DNA of 64,000 bases. Origin: a virus. Position 1 is the stretch's first letter; every line of letters starts with the position of its first letter. The notes beneath the pieces were generated by a model. It saw only the letters and a program-made list of their open reading frames with translations. It had not been told where the DNA came from and searched no databases. Shown piece by piece: positions 30,545 through 40,059 of the stretch. Location: the IMG/VR virus record IMGVR_UViG_3300012949_000001; one strand, given 5' to 3'. The position numbers and the translations under genes were made by a program.

Positions 30545-31338
30545 TAGATTGACCTCCTTATAACCAAAATGTCTTCAACGGAGTCAGGATCAATTTCGCA
30601 ATCAAATTCTATAAGAATTGATTCTGGAGTTTCTCCATTTTGAGGAGTGGCAATTATGTTTATTGTAGGGACATAGATATCATCTTCTTCATCTTCTCCA
30701 GAATCAAAAATAGGCTCTGGTTTTGCAGCCTTATCACTAATAATGAAAGTAATTACTTCGCTCCAAGCTCCATACTCGTTATCTTTTTGAACTCTGCCTC
30801 GAACATAATATTGACCATTAGGTAGCTCAGAAAGATCTACTTCATTTCGATCAACCACAAGAACCTTTTTAAGGATATTATGAAATGCATTTTCAGAAGA
30901 TATTTCTATATAATACGAACTAACATATTCATGTGCTTCAGATGCCAAGACTTCTTTCCAAGCTACCTTAAGGTCAGTTATGACTTCAGTATAAGCAGGA
31001 TATGTTATCTCCAGCTTAGAGCATATAGAACTTTCAAATATGACTTTTCTGCGTATACCAGAGACTAAATCATCTCCAATCACAGATTTCAGTTGTTGAA
31101 TAATAAGAACATATTCAGAGTTCGGTTCGGGCCAATCAATGAGTTCCAAGGTAAGAATCTTTCCGTCCAACTTAGAAACGTATTCAACATCGTTTCTTGA
31201 TGCCTTGCTATATACCCTAATATTTGCATCGTTAATGGTAAGTGGATCGATATCCATTGTGAATGCAACTATTATGGATTTGTTCTGCATTTCGACATCA
31301 ATTGCGGAAATCTTGAATTCTCGAACCATGGTACTCAA
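30544..31338 (-). CDS. Ig-like/FN3 virion protein
   Basis: IIVAFTMDIDPLTIND (Big_5-like) and LPNGQYYVRGRV...YGAWSEV (FN3-like). Confidence 0.6.
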   Translation of the reverse strand: MSTMVREFKISAIDVEMQNKSIIVAFTMDIDPLTINDANIRVYSKASRNDVEYVSKLDGKILTLELIDWPEPNSEYVLIIQQLKSVIGDDLVSGIRRKVIFESSICSKLEITYPAYTEVITDLKVAWKEVLASEAHEYVSSYYIEISSENAFHNILKKVLVVDRNEVDLSELPNGQYYVRGRVQKDNEYGAWSEVITFIISDKAAKPEPIFDSGEDEEDDIYVPTINIIATPQNGETPESILIEFDCEIDPDSVEDILVIRRSI

Positions 31339-31349
31339 CCCCTATTTAG

Positions 31350-31517
31350 TTATACTTGCTTGCCATGAACCGGCCTTTCGCTGAATAATGGCTTAGCAGA
31401 ACCATTACCTTTCTTACCAATGTTACCGATTGGAGCTCCGGTTGTTGGCTTCAACGGAATCCTGAAATTTGTTACGCCCTTATAATTTCCAGTCCTCTCG
31501 ATTTCCTTATTTGTCAT
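31350..31517 (-). CDS. Small basic protein, 55 aa (not in track)
   Basis: RBS AAGGAG 8 nt before ATG; MTNKEIERTGNYKGVTNFRIPLKPTTGAPIGNIGKKGNGSAKPLFSERPVHGKQV. Confidence 0.6.
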   Translation of the reverse strand: MTNKEIERTGNYKGVTNFRIPLKPTTGAPIGNIGKKGNGSAKPLFSERPVHGKQV

Positions 31518-31552
31518 TTATACCATCTCCTTATTATATGGTTGTTGCACGA

Positions 31553-31609
31553 CTACTTCTTCATTGTTTTGCAGCCGCCCTTAGACTTCTTGCCCTTTTT
31601 CTTATTCAT
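31553..31609 (-). CDS. Lys-rich micropeptide, 18 aa (not in track)
   Basis: TAATG stop/start overlap with the upstream gene plus AAGGTGA RBS; MNKKKGKKSKGGCKTMKK. Confidence 0.45.
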   Translation of the reverse strand: MNKKKGKKSKGGCKTMKK

Positions 31610-32124
31610 TACTGTTCACCTTCTTCCTGCTTCTTCTTGGAACCGCCTCTTTTGGTTGTTTTTTTAGGAGTCTCTTTTTCTTCTGCAACTTCTTCAGCTG
31701 CAGCTTCTACAGGATTAAGCTCCTCAACATTAGGCTCTTCAACAACCTCTTCAGCAGCTATAGCCTCTGTTGCTTCAGCTTCGACTGGAGCTTCTTCAAC
31801 AGCAACTTCATCAACAGCAGCAACCTCGTGAACCTCTTCCTTAACTTCCGGCTCTGCTACAACAGGCTCTTCCTGAACTACTTGTGCAGGAGTTTCTACC
31901 TTTGCTTGAGGTTTTTCAACAGGAGCCTGTGTCTTAACAGCTTCATCAAGAACACCAGAAACGAGCAGTATTCTACCAGATCTTACTGCTCTCTTAAGAT
32001 TTGTTGTGTTCATGCCAGCGATGACTGGCTTTTCAGGACTAGCAATAGTTAAATGAATTCTTGTTAATTCATCGAAATAACCAACTTGCCCTGGTGCTAA
32101 TCTAACAACACCTATTACTGACAT
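31609..32124 (-). CDS. Head-associated protein with acidic E/A/V/P low-complexity tail
   Basis: ~60-aa globular N-terminus, long acidic linker, basic end; directly after the capsid gene. Confidence 0.6.
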   Translation of the reverse strand: MSVIGVVRLAPGQVGYFDELTRIHLTIASPEKPVIAGMNTTNLKRAVRSGRILLVSGVLDEAVKTQAPVEKPQAKVETPAQVVQEEPVVAEPEVKEEVHEVAAVDEVAVEEAPVEAEATEAIAAEEVVEEPNVEELNPVEAAAEEVAEEKETPKKTTKRGGSKKKQEEGEQ

Positions 32125-32151
32125 TAATCATATCCTCCTTTTTTGGTAATG

Positions 32152-32177
32152 GAGGCTACACTGTTACATGTAGCCTC
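32152..32177. terminator. Hairpin after major capsid gene
   Basis: 9-bp stem GAGGCTACA/TGTAGCCTC. Confidence 0.45.
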
Positions 32178-32195
32178 GCAGTCTAATGATTAAGA

Positions 32196-33410
32196 TTAAA
32201 CTTCTTCAGTCTGAACACGTACTGTAGGCGGCACAGGATAGGAAGGAGCAACTGCGATGTTCCTGCAAACAGTGATTGCTCTACCGTTATTCAGAACGCC
32301 AACACCGTATCTTTCCTTAGCCTTAAGAGCTCTGATGTCTCTCTCAGGATCTGTCCAGTTCTCGGTGCTCAGACCTTCCTTCTGAACGATAACACCAACT
32401 TCGTTTCTGTCTATGCAATACATATCAAAACGCTTGTTGATCTTGTCGAAGTGAACGAACGGGCTGAAGTTTACAGTCAACGGAACAGGCAGTCTGTTCT
32501 GAACCTGATCAGGTCTCATGATAAGCTTCTGACCAGCACCGTTGTTAGCCATACCGAATGCAGCAGGTGTACCTTGAACAGCTCCGTTAGGATGAACATT
32601 CATGCCACCCAATGCACCGAATGTCAGACCGTTACCGATCATGCTGTTTCTTGCAAAGATAACCCATGTCAGAGGATGCATAATAACATCTGTAGGAACG
32701 AAACCGTTACCCATCAGAGCAAGAACGAGATCCAGGAAGTCCTCAACTGACAAAGTATCGTTGAAGCTACCATCTTCTGCTCTACCAGTTGTTCCGGCTT
32801 CAGGGAACTGTGCACGAAGATTGTTATCAAATACTACATGGCCGTGATTGGAGAATGTATTGAAGATCCACTCTTCCTTATAACGAGCCATTGCTTTACC
32901 CATCTTACGAATGTTGATTCCGAGAATGTCCCAGCTGGAATCTGTGATAGCTTCCTCAGTGATAGCAACCTTAACACCGATCTTCTTCACACGAATTTCC
33001 AGAGCGGAATTCTCGATGGTATTGAAGTCTACATAATCTTCGTTGTATCTTGTACCTTCGCCAACCTCGCTGGCTACCAGTTCACCTACAACGGGGATTA
33101 CGTATACTGTTGAATTGCCGCCTTCTACATGAACAGTGTTCATAAAGCGGGTACCAAGATATTCAGGCTCAGCAGCTTCTCTAAGCTGTCCTTCGATAAC
33201 CTTAGGAATCATCTTAACAGTATCAGTAGAAGTCAATGCTTCCTGGATACTTGCACGGCCCATTGAATAATCGCCTGAAATATTACGAGCCATCTTCTCC
33301 ATGAGATCAAAAGTCTTTGAGGAAACCTTGGGAGTCTCTCCTCTGCCCTCTTGAGCCTTAGCTTCCTCTCTCAACTGATTTATAGTATATAATGCTTCTG
33401 CAAGATTCAT
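32196..33410 (-). CDS. Major capsid protein, 404 aa
   Basis: Position after protease; KKIGVKVAITEEAITDS...MGKAMARYKE and KAKERYGVGVL fit an HK97-fold capsid. Confidence 0.8.
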   Translation of the reverse strand: MNLAEALYTINQLREEAKAQEGRGETPKVSSKTFDLMEKMARNISGDYSMGRASIQEALTSTDTVKMIPKVIEGQLREAAEPEYLGTRFMNTVHVEGGNSTVYVIPVVGELVASEVGEGTRYNEDYVDFNTIENSALEIRVKKIGVKVAITEEAITDSSWDILGINIRKMGKAMARYKEEWIFNTFSNHGHVVFDNNLRAQFPEAGTTGRAEDGSFNDTLSVEDFLDLVLALMGNGFVPTDVIMHPLTWVIFARNSMIGNGLTFGALGGMNVHPNGAVQGTPAAFGMANNGAGQKLIMRPDQVQNRLPVPLTVNFSPFVHFDKINKRFDMYCIDRNEVGVIVQKEGLSTENWTDPERDIRALKAKERYGVGVLNNGRAITVCRNIAVAPSYPVPPTVRVQTEEV

Positions 33411-33450
33411 TGAGTAACTCCTCCTTTATTGGAATTCAATTATTATTGTC

Positions 33451-33472
33451 CGGAGGAGCATAAGCTCCTCCG
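33451..33472. promoter_or_regulatory. Intergenic hairpin upstream of capsid gene
   Basis: 9-bp stem CGGAGGAGC/GCTCCTCCG with ATAA loop. Confidence 0.5.
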
Positions 33473-33485
33473 ATTATTCAGTTGA

Positions 33486-35132
33486 TTATTTTGTTAACAG
33501 GATCTTTACGCTACCTACGCAGCCATCCCAGTCAAGGAAAGTAGGAACGCCAGCAAGGCCTCTCTTGCGATACTTAACCTTAACTTCCAAACCTTGAGGT
33601 GCATTGGCCTGTAAGAAGCTGTCTGCAGCTGACTTATTAGTAACCTCAAGAACGATGATACCCTGAAGTTCGTCTGCATATGAAACCTTAACGAAAGTAG
33701 CAGTGTTGCTACCAACCTTGGCTGTTAAAGCAGCACCTTCAGTAGCGGGAGCGAATGCGGCCTCACCAAGAGCGATTTCAAGGCTGCCCTTCTCAAGATT
33801 AACTTCTGCAGTCCTGAAGAACATCTGTACATAATCCTGACCGCCTGCATAATTGATTCGACCAACTTTTTCAGGAGCATACTGTCTTGATACAGCATTA
33901 ACACCGTCGGTCAATCCAGGAATACCAAGGTTCTCATACTGATACTCAGGATTCATGCGGTTGCTGAATGAACGTGCTGTTGAAGCAAGCATATGTAAAT
34001 CATGAGTACCGATTGTCCTATCATAAGGATATCCAGGATATTTGCCTTCACTGTTATAAGGAGAATGATCAACTGCGTCTTCTCCCTTTCTATTATTCTG
34101 ACGATATACATCAGGATTGAACTCATTGAAGTTCATTCTGTCGTTGAGAGCCCAAGTAGCCCACTTAGCAGCACCTTCAGGTAACAGATCGTTGCTTACA
34201 GCGTAAACCTGACCAACAACCTGCTGTCTCTCAAGCTCATACTCAAGTATGCTCATTGTAGAAACTTCTGTCTCAGGGAATGACAGAGGAGATACAACGA
34301 AGCGGCCGTTTTCGTCTGACTTAACGAGTGCACCAGGGAATAATCCGCCGTATGCAGAACCCCAAGGATTCTGTTCAGCCTTATCCTTGTATGCGAACCA
34401 AGGAAGCTCTACCATTGCGTCTGTCAATACAGCACCAGGCATGATGCCGTTGAACGCATCGTCATCCCTAGTGTATTCATTTCTGGACATGATACCTATC
34501 GGTATATTGCCAGGTCTTACAACATCGTCTGCAGGTGAACCGTCTGTCTTAACAACCTTACCGGTGTTAGGATCAATCTTCAGACCTGCATCTGTCAACT
34601 GCTCCAGAGGACCGCCATTGTCTTCCTGGAAAGGTCTGAATGACAGCTTAGTATAAGCGTTATCCATACCAATGAGCGGGATCCATTCCTTGCCTTCCAT
34701 AAGGACCTGTGCACCCTGACGCTCTGTTGATACAAGAGCTGTAGCGTCGCCGCTGTCATCTCTGTACTCGTCAGTTGACTTTCTCAGTCTTACAGGAACA
34801 CCACCGTTTGCAAGAGTAATTGTGTTATGCTGCTTTCTCATATCAAAGTCAACAAGATCCATATAAGGATCAACAGCAACAAGACGCCCCTTCGGGATTA
34901 CGATCTGGTTGTATCCATATGCGAATCCGTATTTGAAGAGAACAGGGAGTCTCCTGTCGAACTCATATTTAATATTCGGCACATCATGAGCGTTCGTGTT
35001 GAGCTTATTGTTTGTTCTGTTGATGCGGTCCGCTCCATCTCTGTAGCCTGGCATGTCGACCTGAAAAATTTCACCTCTAGCACCTGGCTGAAGCTTATCC
35101 TGTCCGTTAAATTTTGATGGATATAATGCCAT
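33486..35132 (-). CDS. Head structural/decoration protein, 548 aa
   Basis: Between protease and capsid genes; function inferred from synteny. Confidence 0.55.
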   Translation of the reverse strand: MALYPSKFNGQDKLQPGARGEIFQVDMPGYRDGADRINRTNNKLNTNAHDVPNIKYEFDRRLPVLFKYGFAYGYNQIVIPKGRLVAVDPYMDLVDFDMRKQHNTITLANGGVPVRLRKSTDEYRDDSGDATALVSTERQGAQVLMEGKEWIPLIGMDNAYTKLSFRPFQEDNGGPLEQLTDAGLKIDPNTGKVVKTDGSPADDVVRPGNIPIGIMSRNEYTRDDDAFNGIMPGAVLTDAMVELPWFAYKDKAEQNPWGSAYGGLFPGALVKSDENGRFVVSPLSFPETEVSTMSILEYELERQQVVGQVYAVSNDLLPEGAAKWATWALNDRMNFNEFNPDVYRQNNRKGEDAVDHSPYNSEGKYPGYPYDRTIGTHDLHMLASTARSFSNRMNPEYQYENLGIPGLTDGVNAVSRQYAPEKVGRINYAGGQDYVQMFFRTAEVNLEKGSLEIALGEAAFAPATEGAALTAKVGSNTATFVKVSYADELQGIIVLEVTNKSAADSFLQANAPQGLEVKVKYRKRGLAGVPTFLDWDGCVGSVKILLTK

Positions 35133-35169
35133 TGTAAATTCACTCTCCTTTAATTTTTAAAGAATTTGG

Positions 35170-36519
35170 TTATTTATTAAGATGCGTTGATAAAAGTTGA
35201 GAGAAAACTTGTTCTAAGCCCTCCGCTAAATCAATATTACCAGTGTTTTTTGGTTCTTTCACAGAAGTGCCCTGATTATTGTCGTCATTTTCTACAAGGG
35301 CAGGGCTTCCTACCTGTGTAATCTGTGTTACATTACCTATCTTTTCAAATTCTTCTTTGAGGTCATTAATTGCATCGTTAAGTGAATCGTCGCTTCTCTT
35401 TTCAAGCTCTTCTTTAGTTATTACAGGCTTACCAAGGAATCCTCTTAACATGATTATCTTATCAATAGCGTTCTCTCTTACTTGAGTATTGAGTTGAACA
35501 ATCTGATCTTCAAGAGATTCTCTTAGTTTAATTTCATTGTTGAGCTCTGACTCTTTAGCTTCAAGAGCTTGCTGAGCTTCATCGATAGATTTCTGAGCCT
35601 TATTTAGAAGAACCTTGGTGTCTTCAAGCTCTTTCTGGGCAGCTTCGCTTGCCTTAGTGAGCTTTTCATTCTCTTCCACAAGACCATTTACTTTGTCTTC
35701 GAGCTCTTTAACCTTTTGCTTAAGATTTTCATTTTCCTTTTCAAGCTCGGTTGTATTATCTACAGTCTGGGTCTCAGTTCCCTCTACAGGCTTTTCACCA
35801 TTCTCGTCAATGATAGTTTCTTCAACTATACCAGTTAGCTTATTGGCTTCTGACACGTTAAGCACCCCTTTATTTTCAAAATTTGCTGCCATATTCATAT
35901 TGGCTTTTGATGGTTTATATACCCTAATGTTATGAGCATATATATCTGATGGTACTATTACATATGACAGTTCTTTAGCTTCCATTGAGTGAATAACCCA
36001 ATAACAAACCTTGCCGTCATACTTCTGTCCTCTTTCGTGTTCACATGGGCCATCTTCTGCAATGTTTTGACCGCATATTGAACATCTGCAATCATGAACA
36101 ATTACGCCAATAGATACAGTCTTCAATCTACCATCCTGAATCTGTTCTTTTCCTTCCGGATCTGGTACATTAGCTGTAAATATTAAAGCACCTGTTCCTG
36201 ACCGCGTATTTTTGTCAGTGTATGTAACAAATCTGATTCGACCTATAATCTTGCCGTCCTTTTCATTGTGATGCATGATTAATGGTCTTAAATATGGTTT
36301 GGTCCATGTTGGTATGCTACCTTGAAGAGCTCCATCTGTATACCATGTATAGTTTCTAGTAGGGCCAACATGAATACCTTCTATGTCAACCATAATAGAT
36401 TGTGGTGATATATCATCAAAAGTTGATTCTGTAACATCGAGTCCAGTCTCAACTTCTTGATGATCCCATTGCACTTCAAGGCCTTCACTGCCCAGATATT
36501 CTCTGATCATTATAGCCAT
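35170..36519 (-). CDS. Prohead protease fused to coiled-coil scaffold
   Basis: LIMHH...IIGRI...LKTVSIG...CSICG...C.H...KELSYVIVPSD, followed by a long coiled coil. Confidence 0.8.
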   Translation of the reverse strand: MAIMIREYLGSEGLEVQWDHQEVETGLDVTESTFDDISPQSIMVDIEGIHVGPTRNYTWYTDGALQGSIPTWTKPYLRPLIMHHNEKDGKIIGRIRFVTYTDKNTRSGTGALIFTANVPDPEGKEQIQDGRLKTVSIGVIVHDCRCSICGQNIAEDGPCEHERGQKYDGKVCYWVIHSMEAKELSYVIVPSDIYAHNIRVYKPSKANMNMAANFENKGVLNVSEANKLTGIVEETIIDENGEKPVEGTETQTVDNTTELEKENENLKQKVKELEDKVNGLVEENEKLTKASEAAQKELEDTKVLLNKAQKSIDEAQQALEAKESELNNEIKLRESLEDQIVQLNTQVRENAIDKIIMLRGFLGKPVITKEELEKRSDDSLNDAINDLKEEFEKIGNVTQITQVGSPALVENDDNNQGTSVKEPKNTGNIDLAEGLEQVFSQLLSTHLNK

Positions 36520-38669
36520 TAGTCCTTATCACCTGCCTTAAAACTGACTTTACAATCACAGAATGAATGATATGCTGGAATATCATCTATACTGAATGCT
36601 TTTGTATCAATTTCAGCAGGATGTGTTTCTGCATCACTACTTCCATTGAATACTATATAAGCTTTCTCGATGCCGTAGAATGCACCAGCTTTAATATAAG
36701 AATACCAATATACTTTTGGCATGATGAACTCAAGTAAGAATCTTAATCTGTATTCAAGAGAATTGACTACAGCATTTACTGCTGTAGTATCTCTATTTGT
36801 TTTTACTCTCTTCTTAATGTCATTCAATATGCCTTTTAATGTTTTTTCTGCTTCTTCATAGAACTGTTCAAGTGACATATTCATATTAGGAAGCAGATAA
36901 TGATTTTTATCTTTCTCTACATTCAGATCTGATATTGCCTTAGACATACCATCATAAGCTTTTAACTGAATATGAGTTTTGATTTCTGCCATGATGCTGT
37001 CCTTTGCTACAGGGAACAGCATATCAAGATCAACATTGGTATCTGTTATATCATTACGCAGATTCTCATATCTTTTATATATTGAAGAGAATAATTTTTT
37101 ATGTTTTTTTATTTTATTTACACTTTTTTCAGTCAATTCAGTAGATTCTGACATTTCTAAGCTTTGTGTCTCATCGTCGTAATCTTCTTTTATCTTTACT
37201 GATGTTGTTCCATATTGATTAGTAGGACGATTGTTTGTTACTACAGCATCAGATGGTTTTGCTGATTTTGTCTGACCATTTCCTGAAGGGCTTACTGCTT
37301 TTGATGCTGCAGCATTTGCAGCATTAAGCTTTGCAATTTCTAATGAGCCCTCTGTCTTTGCTTTTATCTGTTCGATGACAGACTTAGTTTCAATCATATT
37401 GACATACAACTTATCTTCATCAATGTTAGACTTCTTACCAATAGCATGTCTTGCTTCATCAAATGAGATAAGGTTAGACTGGAACTTAAGCAATTCATGA
37501 TTTTCAATCTTAACTTTTGTATCAAGTGAAATTTCATTGAATTCATAAGTCACTATATCATCTTCGTTAAGTATAGGATTGAAACCACCTTCTAAAAGAA
37601 GCTCGTTTATTATGTAGTTCTCAGTAAATACAGCAATGACTCTCTGAATGTATTTTACTGTATCATGTACTTGAGCTTCCATTGAATCTGCGTCTTGTTT
37701 TGAGCCTCCTCTACCCATTTGTGCTTCAGAAACACCAAGGGCAGTGAAGACACGTTTTTCAAAGTACTCGAGATATTTTGAAGCATCAAGTGCTTCTCCT
37801 TCAGCTCCTACAGCCTTAATTACTGTTTTTTCATTTGTGACGATTACGCCATCAAGTGGCATATTCTCAATTTCTTTTTGAACCTCTTTAATCTCTTGAT
37901 CTGTAGCCTGAAATCCTGGTTGTGCAAGACCAACTATCCATTGATAGATAGGCATTGCAAATCTATATATCAGACTTACAATATTACCTTCAATTCTTCT
38001 TAACAGCTTAACATCTTCAAGAGCTGCTACGATTCTTGGCGTACCATAAGCATTGTTTGCTTCTCTATCCATATAGAAGTGAATTACTTCTGATGGATTG
38101 AATTGCTTTTCTTCACCGTCAACAACTTGGACGTATTTTAATACGGTACCATTCTTATCACGCTTGATTTTCATTGTTGAAGGATCTATTCTGAAATAAC
38201 CTCCAATTGGCTTATCATTGAATATGCCCCTTGCATGTATTCCAGGCATTAATCTATCAACACGTGCTTTAACCAAGAATGCATTAGCGTATGTAACGAT
38301 GTCATCTGCTATCTCCTGAAACAGGATATCCATTGGTTTGCCTGTAGCAAAACTCATTATACGAAAACGTTTCTTGATGTATTCTGCTGCGGCTTCATTA
38401 TTGCTTTTAAGTTGATATCCTGCTTTATACACGAGATATCGATATCGCATTAATGCCATCTTAATATAAGAATCGGTTTCTGCAGCAGCTCTTATCTCTT
38501 CAAGATTATATTCAGGTTCAATTAACTGTTCCCTTGAAAAACCTTGTTTTGCTATCATGCCAACAGCTTTAACTATAAAGTTCTTATAGTTAAGATTACG
38601 CTGTGCATTATTAACAGGTGCTTCAACAGCAACTATTTCTTTCTTCCTCCAAGGGATGCGAATCTTCAT
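36519..38669 (-). CDS. Portal protein, 716 aa
   Basis: Y.NAFLVK...F.PSEVIHF...YGTPRIVAALED...KRVFTALGV...FDEARHAIG; position between terminase and protease. Confidence 0.8.
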   Translation of the reverse strand: MKIRIPWRKKEIVAVEAPVNNAQRNLNYKNFIVKAVGMIAKQGFSREQLIEPEYNLEEIRAAAETDSYIKMALMRYRYLVYKAGYQLKSNNEAAAEYIKKRFRIMSFATGKPMDILFQEIADDIVTYANAFLVKARVDRLMPGIHARGIFNDKPIGGYFRIDPSTMKIKRDKNGTVLKYVQVVDGEEKQFNPSEVIHFYMDREANNAYGTPRIVAALEDVKLLRRIEGNIVSLIYRFAMPIYQWIVGLAQPGFQATDQEIKEVQKEIENMPLDGVIVTNEKTVIKAVGAEGEALDASKYLEYFEKRVFTALGVSEAQMGRGGSKQDADSMEAQVHDTVKYIQRVIAVFTENYIINELLLEGGFNPILNEDDIVTYEFNEISLDTKVKIENHELLKFQSNLISFDEARHAIGKKSNIDEDKLYVNMIETKSVIEQIKAKTEGSLEIAKLNAANAAASKAVSPSGNGQTKSAKPSDAVVTNNRPTNQYGTTSVKIKEDYDDETQSLEMSESTELTEKSVNKIKKHKKLFSSIYKRYENLRNDITDTNVDLDMLFPVAKDSIMAEIKTHIQLKAYDGMSKAISDLNVEKDKNHYLLPNMNMSLEQFYEEAEKTLKGILNDIKKRVKTNRDTTAVNAVVNSLEYRLRFLLEFIMPKVYWYSYIKAGAFYGIEKAYIVFNGSSDAETHPAEIDTKAFSIDDIPAYHSFCDCKVSFKAGDKD

Positions 38670-38679
38670 ATCATCACCA

Positions 38680-38979
38680 CTATTCTCTAATGATAGCTAG
38701 AATGTCATTCTCTTTGATAATCAAATACAGATCGTCTCCAGATTCTATTTCTGTTCCAGAGAACTTGTTAAATATAACAGTATCGCCTTCTGCTACGCAC
38801 ATAGGAATATGTTTGCCATCGTTCAGGATTCTCCCAGATCCTACTGCAACGACTTTTCCTGTGTCTTGCTTCTCTGGATTCTTTGCCTTTGGAATAATAA
38901 TACCTGAAGCAGTTGTTTCATTGGTTGCCTGCTTCTCAATCTTTATTATTACATTGTCATGAACTGGTGTTATAATCAT
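38680..38979 (-). CDS. groES: Co-chaperonin GroES (Cpn10)
   Basis: PVHDNVII...TTASGIIIP...GKVVAVGSG...VAEGDTVIFNKFSGTEI...YLIIKENDILAI. Confidence 0.95.
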   Translation of the reverse strand: MIITPVHDNVIIKIEKQATNETTASGIIIPKAKNPEKQDTGKVVAVGSGRILNDGKHIPMCVAEGDTVIFNKFSGTEIESGDDLYLIIKENDILAIIRE

Positions 38980-39965
38980 AATTTAATCCCCTCTTCTTTC
39001 ATTAATATCATTTTTGCCTGTGCCTCCTGAACAAACATCATAAGGCACTCATCAATTAATATTACTGATGAATTTAGGTATTTATATAAGTTCCTCAAAT
39101 TTTCTTTGTATTTTTTATCGTAGATTTTTCTTGAGTCTGTCAACATTACATTGCTCACAAGATCAAGATACTCATCGTTTGAAACTTTCTTTTCTTCATA
39201 GTATCTAATCTTTAATTCTTTTGCTACTTTACAGGCACGAACATGAGATATCGTCTCATTAAGATTAAAGAGCTTTCTGAATAATCTTAACTTCTGATCT
39301 CTCACTATCTGGCTCCGTATAATCATATCTGATGCATGGTGTAAATTCTTATTCTGAATATCTGTTGTCTTTATCTCATATGTTGAATTAATAGCTGCTA
39401 AGTTAGAAGTATCTATCTCTGCAGCACTTGCAATTATATTTGAGAAATACTTATTAAAGCTTACCTGGATTTTATCAAGATAGTCTTTTAAGATAGATGC
39501 AAGAGTATTATCATATTCTTCTTGGATTGCCTGAACCGGATCCTTTCTATTTATTTCGACATTCATAAGAGGAATTGTGTCAGAGAAAATACCATCAGGG
39601 CCTTCATCATCTGCATTATCAGTATTTTCATCTGAGCTTGGTGCTTGTGTTTTCTCATCTTCAGACGGAGTTATCACAGTCTTTACATCTGAATTAACAT
39701 AATCGGGATCATAGTTATTTGGATCGATTTGTTCATATATGTATTCTGCACATCTGATTACGTTTGATAAAGCTTTTGCAATATCATATGGTAACGCAGA
39801 CAAAACAGACTCTACCTGTATAAGCTTATCAAGAATATCTCCCAATCCGTCCTGAGGAGACGTTTCTTGAGTGTCAGTAGTTATTGCTTCTGCTTGTTCA
39901 AACGTTCCCTTAGTGCTATAGCTTTTTTCATAATCTAAATTTGGTCTATATAAAATATCTGACAT
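38976..39965 (-). CDS. Hypothetical protein, 329 aa
   Basis: ORF track; RBS AGAGGTG; overlaps the groES start. Confidence 0.7.
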   Translation of the reverse strand: MSDILYRPNLDYEKSYSTKGTFEQAEAITTDTQETSPQDGLGDILDKLIQVESVLSALPYDIAKALSNVIRCAEYIYEQIDPNNYDPDYVNSDVKTVITPSEDEKTQAPSSDENTDNADDEGPDGIFSDTIPLMNVEINRKDPVQAIQEEYDNTLASILKDYLDKIQVSFNKYFSNIIASAAEIDTSNLAAINSTYEIKTTDIQNKNLHHASDMIIRSQIVRDQKLRLFRKLFNLNETISHVRACKVAKELKIRYYEEKKVSNDEYLDLVSNVMLTDSRKIYDKKYKENLRNLYKYLNSSVILIDECLMMFVQEAQAKMILMKEEGIKL

Positions 39966-39989
39966 ATAAACACCTCTTCTTATAAAATC

Positions 39990-40019
39990 AAGACGCTAGA
40001 GAGGGGGATCTAGCGTCTT
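39990..40019. terminator. Hairpin after terminase gene
   Basis: 11-bp stem AAGACGCTAGA/TCTAGCGTCTT. Confidence 0.5.
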
Positions 40020-40059
40020 AAATGGGAGGATATATAGTATAGCGGGGCAAAACCGCTTA

